A DNA stretch of 64,000 nt from Antechinus flavipes (Eukaryota), in contig NC_067398.1 in NCBI RefSeq assembly GCF_016432865.1, positions 557,752,001 to 557,816,000 on the forward strand, written 5' to 3'. The notes beneath the pieces were generated by a model. It saw only the letters and a list, made by a program, of their open reading frames with translations, did not search any database and was not told the DNA's origin. Each line of letters begins with the position of its first letter. Position 1 is the first letter of the stretch. The position numbers and the translations under genes are program-made. Shown one piece after another: positions 62,252 through 64,000 of this stretch.

Positions 62252-62271
62252 AAGTTTATGTTCTATAGACA

Positions 62272-62451
62272 CAATGTTTCTTAACCAGGGATCCAAGACT
62301 TTTTAATAACTATTTCAGTGTAATTTGTTTCTTTGTAATCCTATGCATTTTATTTCATCATTTGTTTCATCAAAACATTATTCTGAGAAGAAGTCCATAG
62401 ACTTCACCAGACTGTCAACATGGTCTATAACACACACAAAAAAAGTTTAAC
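62272..62451. mobile_element. hAT-Charlie-type MITE
   Basis: caatgtttcttaaccagg...cattattctgagaagaagtccatagacttcaccagactg. Confidence 0.7.
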
Positions 62452-62589
62452 TAGGATAATATGATATATTTCTGGATTTGTAAACAGAGATATGATGTGG
62501 CAGAGAAAAGGGAAAGGGATTAGGGGTGTAATAATTGGATGAGTCAGGAAAGGTTTCCTGAGGAAAGTGAAGAATAAGCTGAACCTTCA

Positions 62590-62780
62590 AGTTGATCTGA
62601 TTTTTCTTGAGCAGTATGACGAATATAGAAATATGTTTAGAAGAATTGCATATGTTTAACCTATATAAGATTGCTTGCTGTTTAGGGGAGGAGGGGGAAA
62701 GGGAAAAAAATTTGGAGCACAAGGTTTTACAAAGGTGAATGTTGAAAACTATCTTTACATATATTTGGAAAAATAAAGAA
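62590..62780 (+). mobile_element. L1 3' end fragment
   Basis: aatttggagcacaaggttttacaaaggtgaatgttgaaaactatctttacatatatttggaaaataaa. Confidence 0.8.
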
Positions 62781-64000
62781 CCATGTCAAGGATGACAAGG
62801 GAGAATGTTCCAGACATGGAGTACAGCCTGTGCAAAGCTTGGAGATAGATTGTCCAGATGCTGTTGAATTTATATTTTTCAGCTTTTTTTATGTATTTCT
62901 TTAAGCCAAAGACTACAATGGGAGAGAGTTAGTCTGTGAACTTTATCCCTGTACTTTCCCTGATCCCTTCATCATTTTCATTTCTGAGTATTTCACACAG
63001 AAGGACAACAAGTGTTTTGGGCTCCTTGGTATGATCTGTCTCTTCTAATTCAGATGCCCCAATAGTATAGATATTTGCTTTGTGAGCTTGATTCCCCCCG
63101 CTTGCAAATTGAATATAGCATACAAATTAAGGAGCATAACAAAATACTGGATCCTATTTTTAAGCCATATTTCCTATAATAATCACGCCATTAGCCTTTC
63201 TAGAGATAAAAATCCAGGACAAAGAAATATAATAATGGACAGAGAGGGCATAAAATGGGGATAAAACATCTCTAAAGCACCACTATGAACAGCTCACCTA
63301 TTAAAGGTTAATGGAAAACATAATGAAAATTTTAATAACATGCAACTGAAGTACACCATTACAATGCCAAGCCAGGCTATAGGTATGCTTTTCCATAAAC
63401 ATGAATGCAACACCTATACTGCCTACCAAAAAAAAGGCATGTGTCTGAGAACTGGGCTGATCTAATGATTGAATTGAAATAGAAGATGACCTGATGCCAC
63501 AGTTTGTTTGTTTTTTTTACTAAAGAAATCTCCAGGTCAAATTTGTGAAGTTTAAGAATTTAGAGACCTTACTCAGATTCGTTCCATGCATTACATCAGT
63601 GCTCATGCCCAAAGCATGACCAGCAAGCAATCAACATCTTATAGCAAACTATCCAGCTGCTAAATTTCATGACAAACTAATTATTCATTTAGCGGAATGT
63701 AACAAGTTAATTCTTCTGCAAGGGGGAATCAGTTAGCTCATCTCCTGCTGTGCTTAATGAGGACTGAGATGGGAAGCTGAAAAAAGGGGGGAGGAGGTAG
63801 ATAAGATGGGCAGGTGCAAGATCCTGAAGAAATCTAAGGAGCTTGATCTCCTGAGTGGAACTTTCCTTCTGGATCCCTAGCATGTAGCCCCAGTACCTTG
63901 CACATAGTAGGCATTTGATAAGTAAATGTATGTTCCATTGACTTGACTATTTTCATTCTGCTTCGATATCCTCATCTTGCTCAGATTTTTCATTGTGATC

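Larger units (their letters stand above)
61845..62850 (-). mobile_element. L2 3' region (antisense) hosting three later insertions
   Basis: cctactatgtgccagagattgtactaaacactggata (61870), gagtcaggaaaggtttcctgaggaaagtg (62541), gagaatgttccagacatggagtacagcctgtgcaaag (62802). Confidence 0.7.

Noticed and set aside
1-64000. Inferring host-gene strand from repeat orientation
   Set aside because: L1 fragments occur in both orientations in similar numbers; the single sense LTR and the minus-strand splice candidates only weakly hint at a minus-strand host

Overview
AT-rich, strongly CpG-depleted mammalian genomic DNA from a marsupial, most likely a dasyurid such as the Tasmanian devil. This is inferred from Mar1-type SINEs with RTE tails, a WSINE1-like short SINE, marsupial-type L1 3' ends and small N gaps typical of a short-read assembly. 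I recognise no host protein-coding exon, RNA gene or CRISPR array; the window reads as a large intron or gene desert. A large part is decayed interspersed repeat: L1, L2, L3/CR1, MIR/MIR3/Mar1 SINEs, hAT MITEs and one ~734-bp solo LTR nested in an L1 3' end. Nearly all ORFs in the track are chance, repeat-derived, microsatellite-derived or gap-spanning. The most anomalous unique sequence is a CpG-dense block at ~5565-5800 (8 CpG in 104 bp) with a possible spliced minus-strand small ORF. Other leads are motif-rich unique blocks that look like developmental enhancers (double E-box, PBX-HOX, CDX/HOX+MEIS), a few minus-strand microexon or poison-exon candidates, and an inverted (TG)n/(CA)n pair. 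I could not establish a new biological system from sequence alone. Repeat family names come from my recollection of consensus sequences and most repeat boundaries are approximate.
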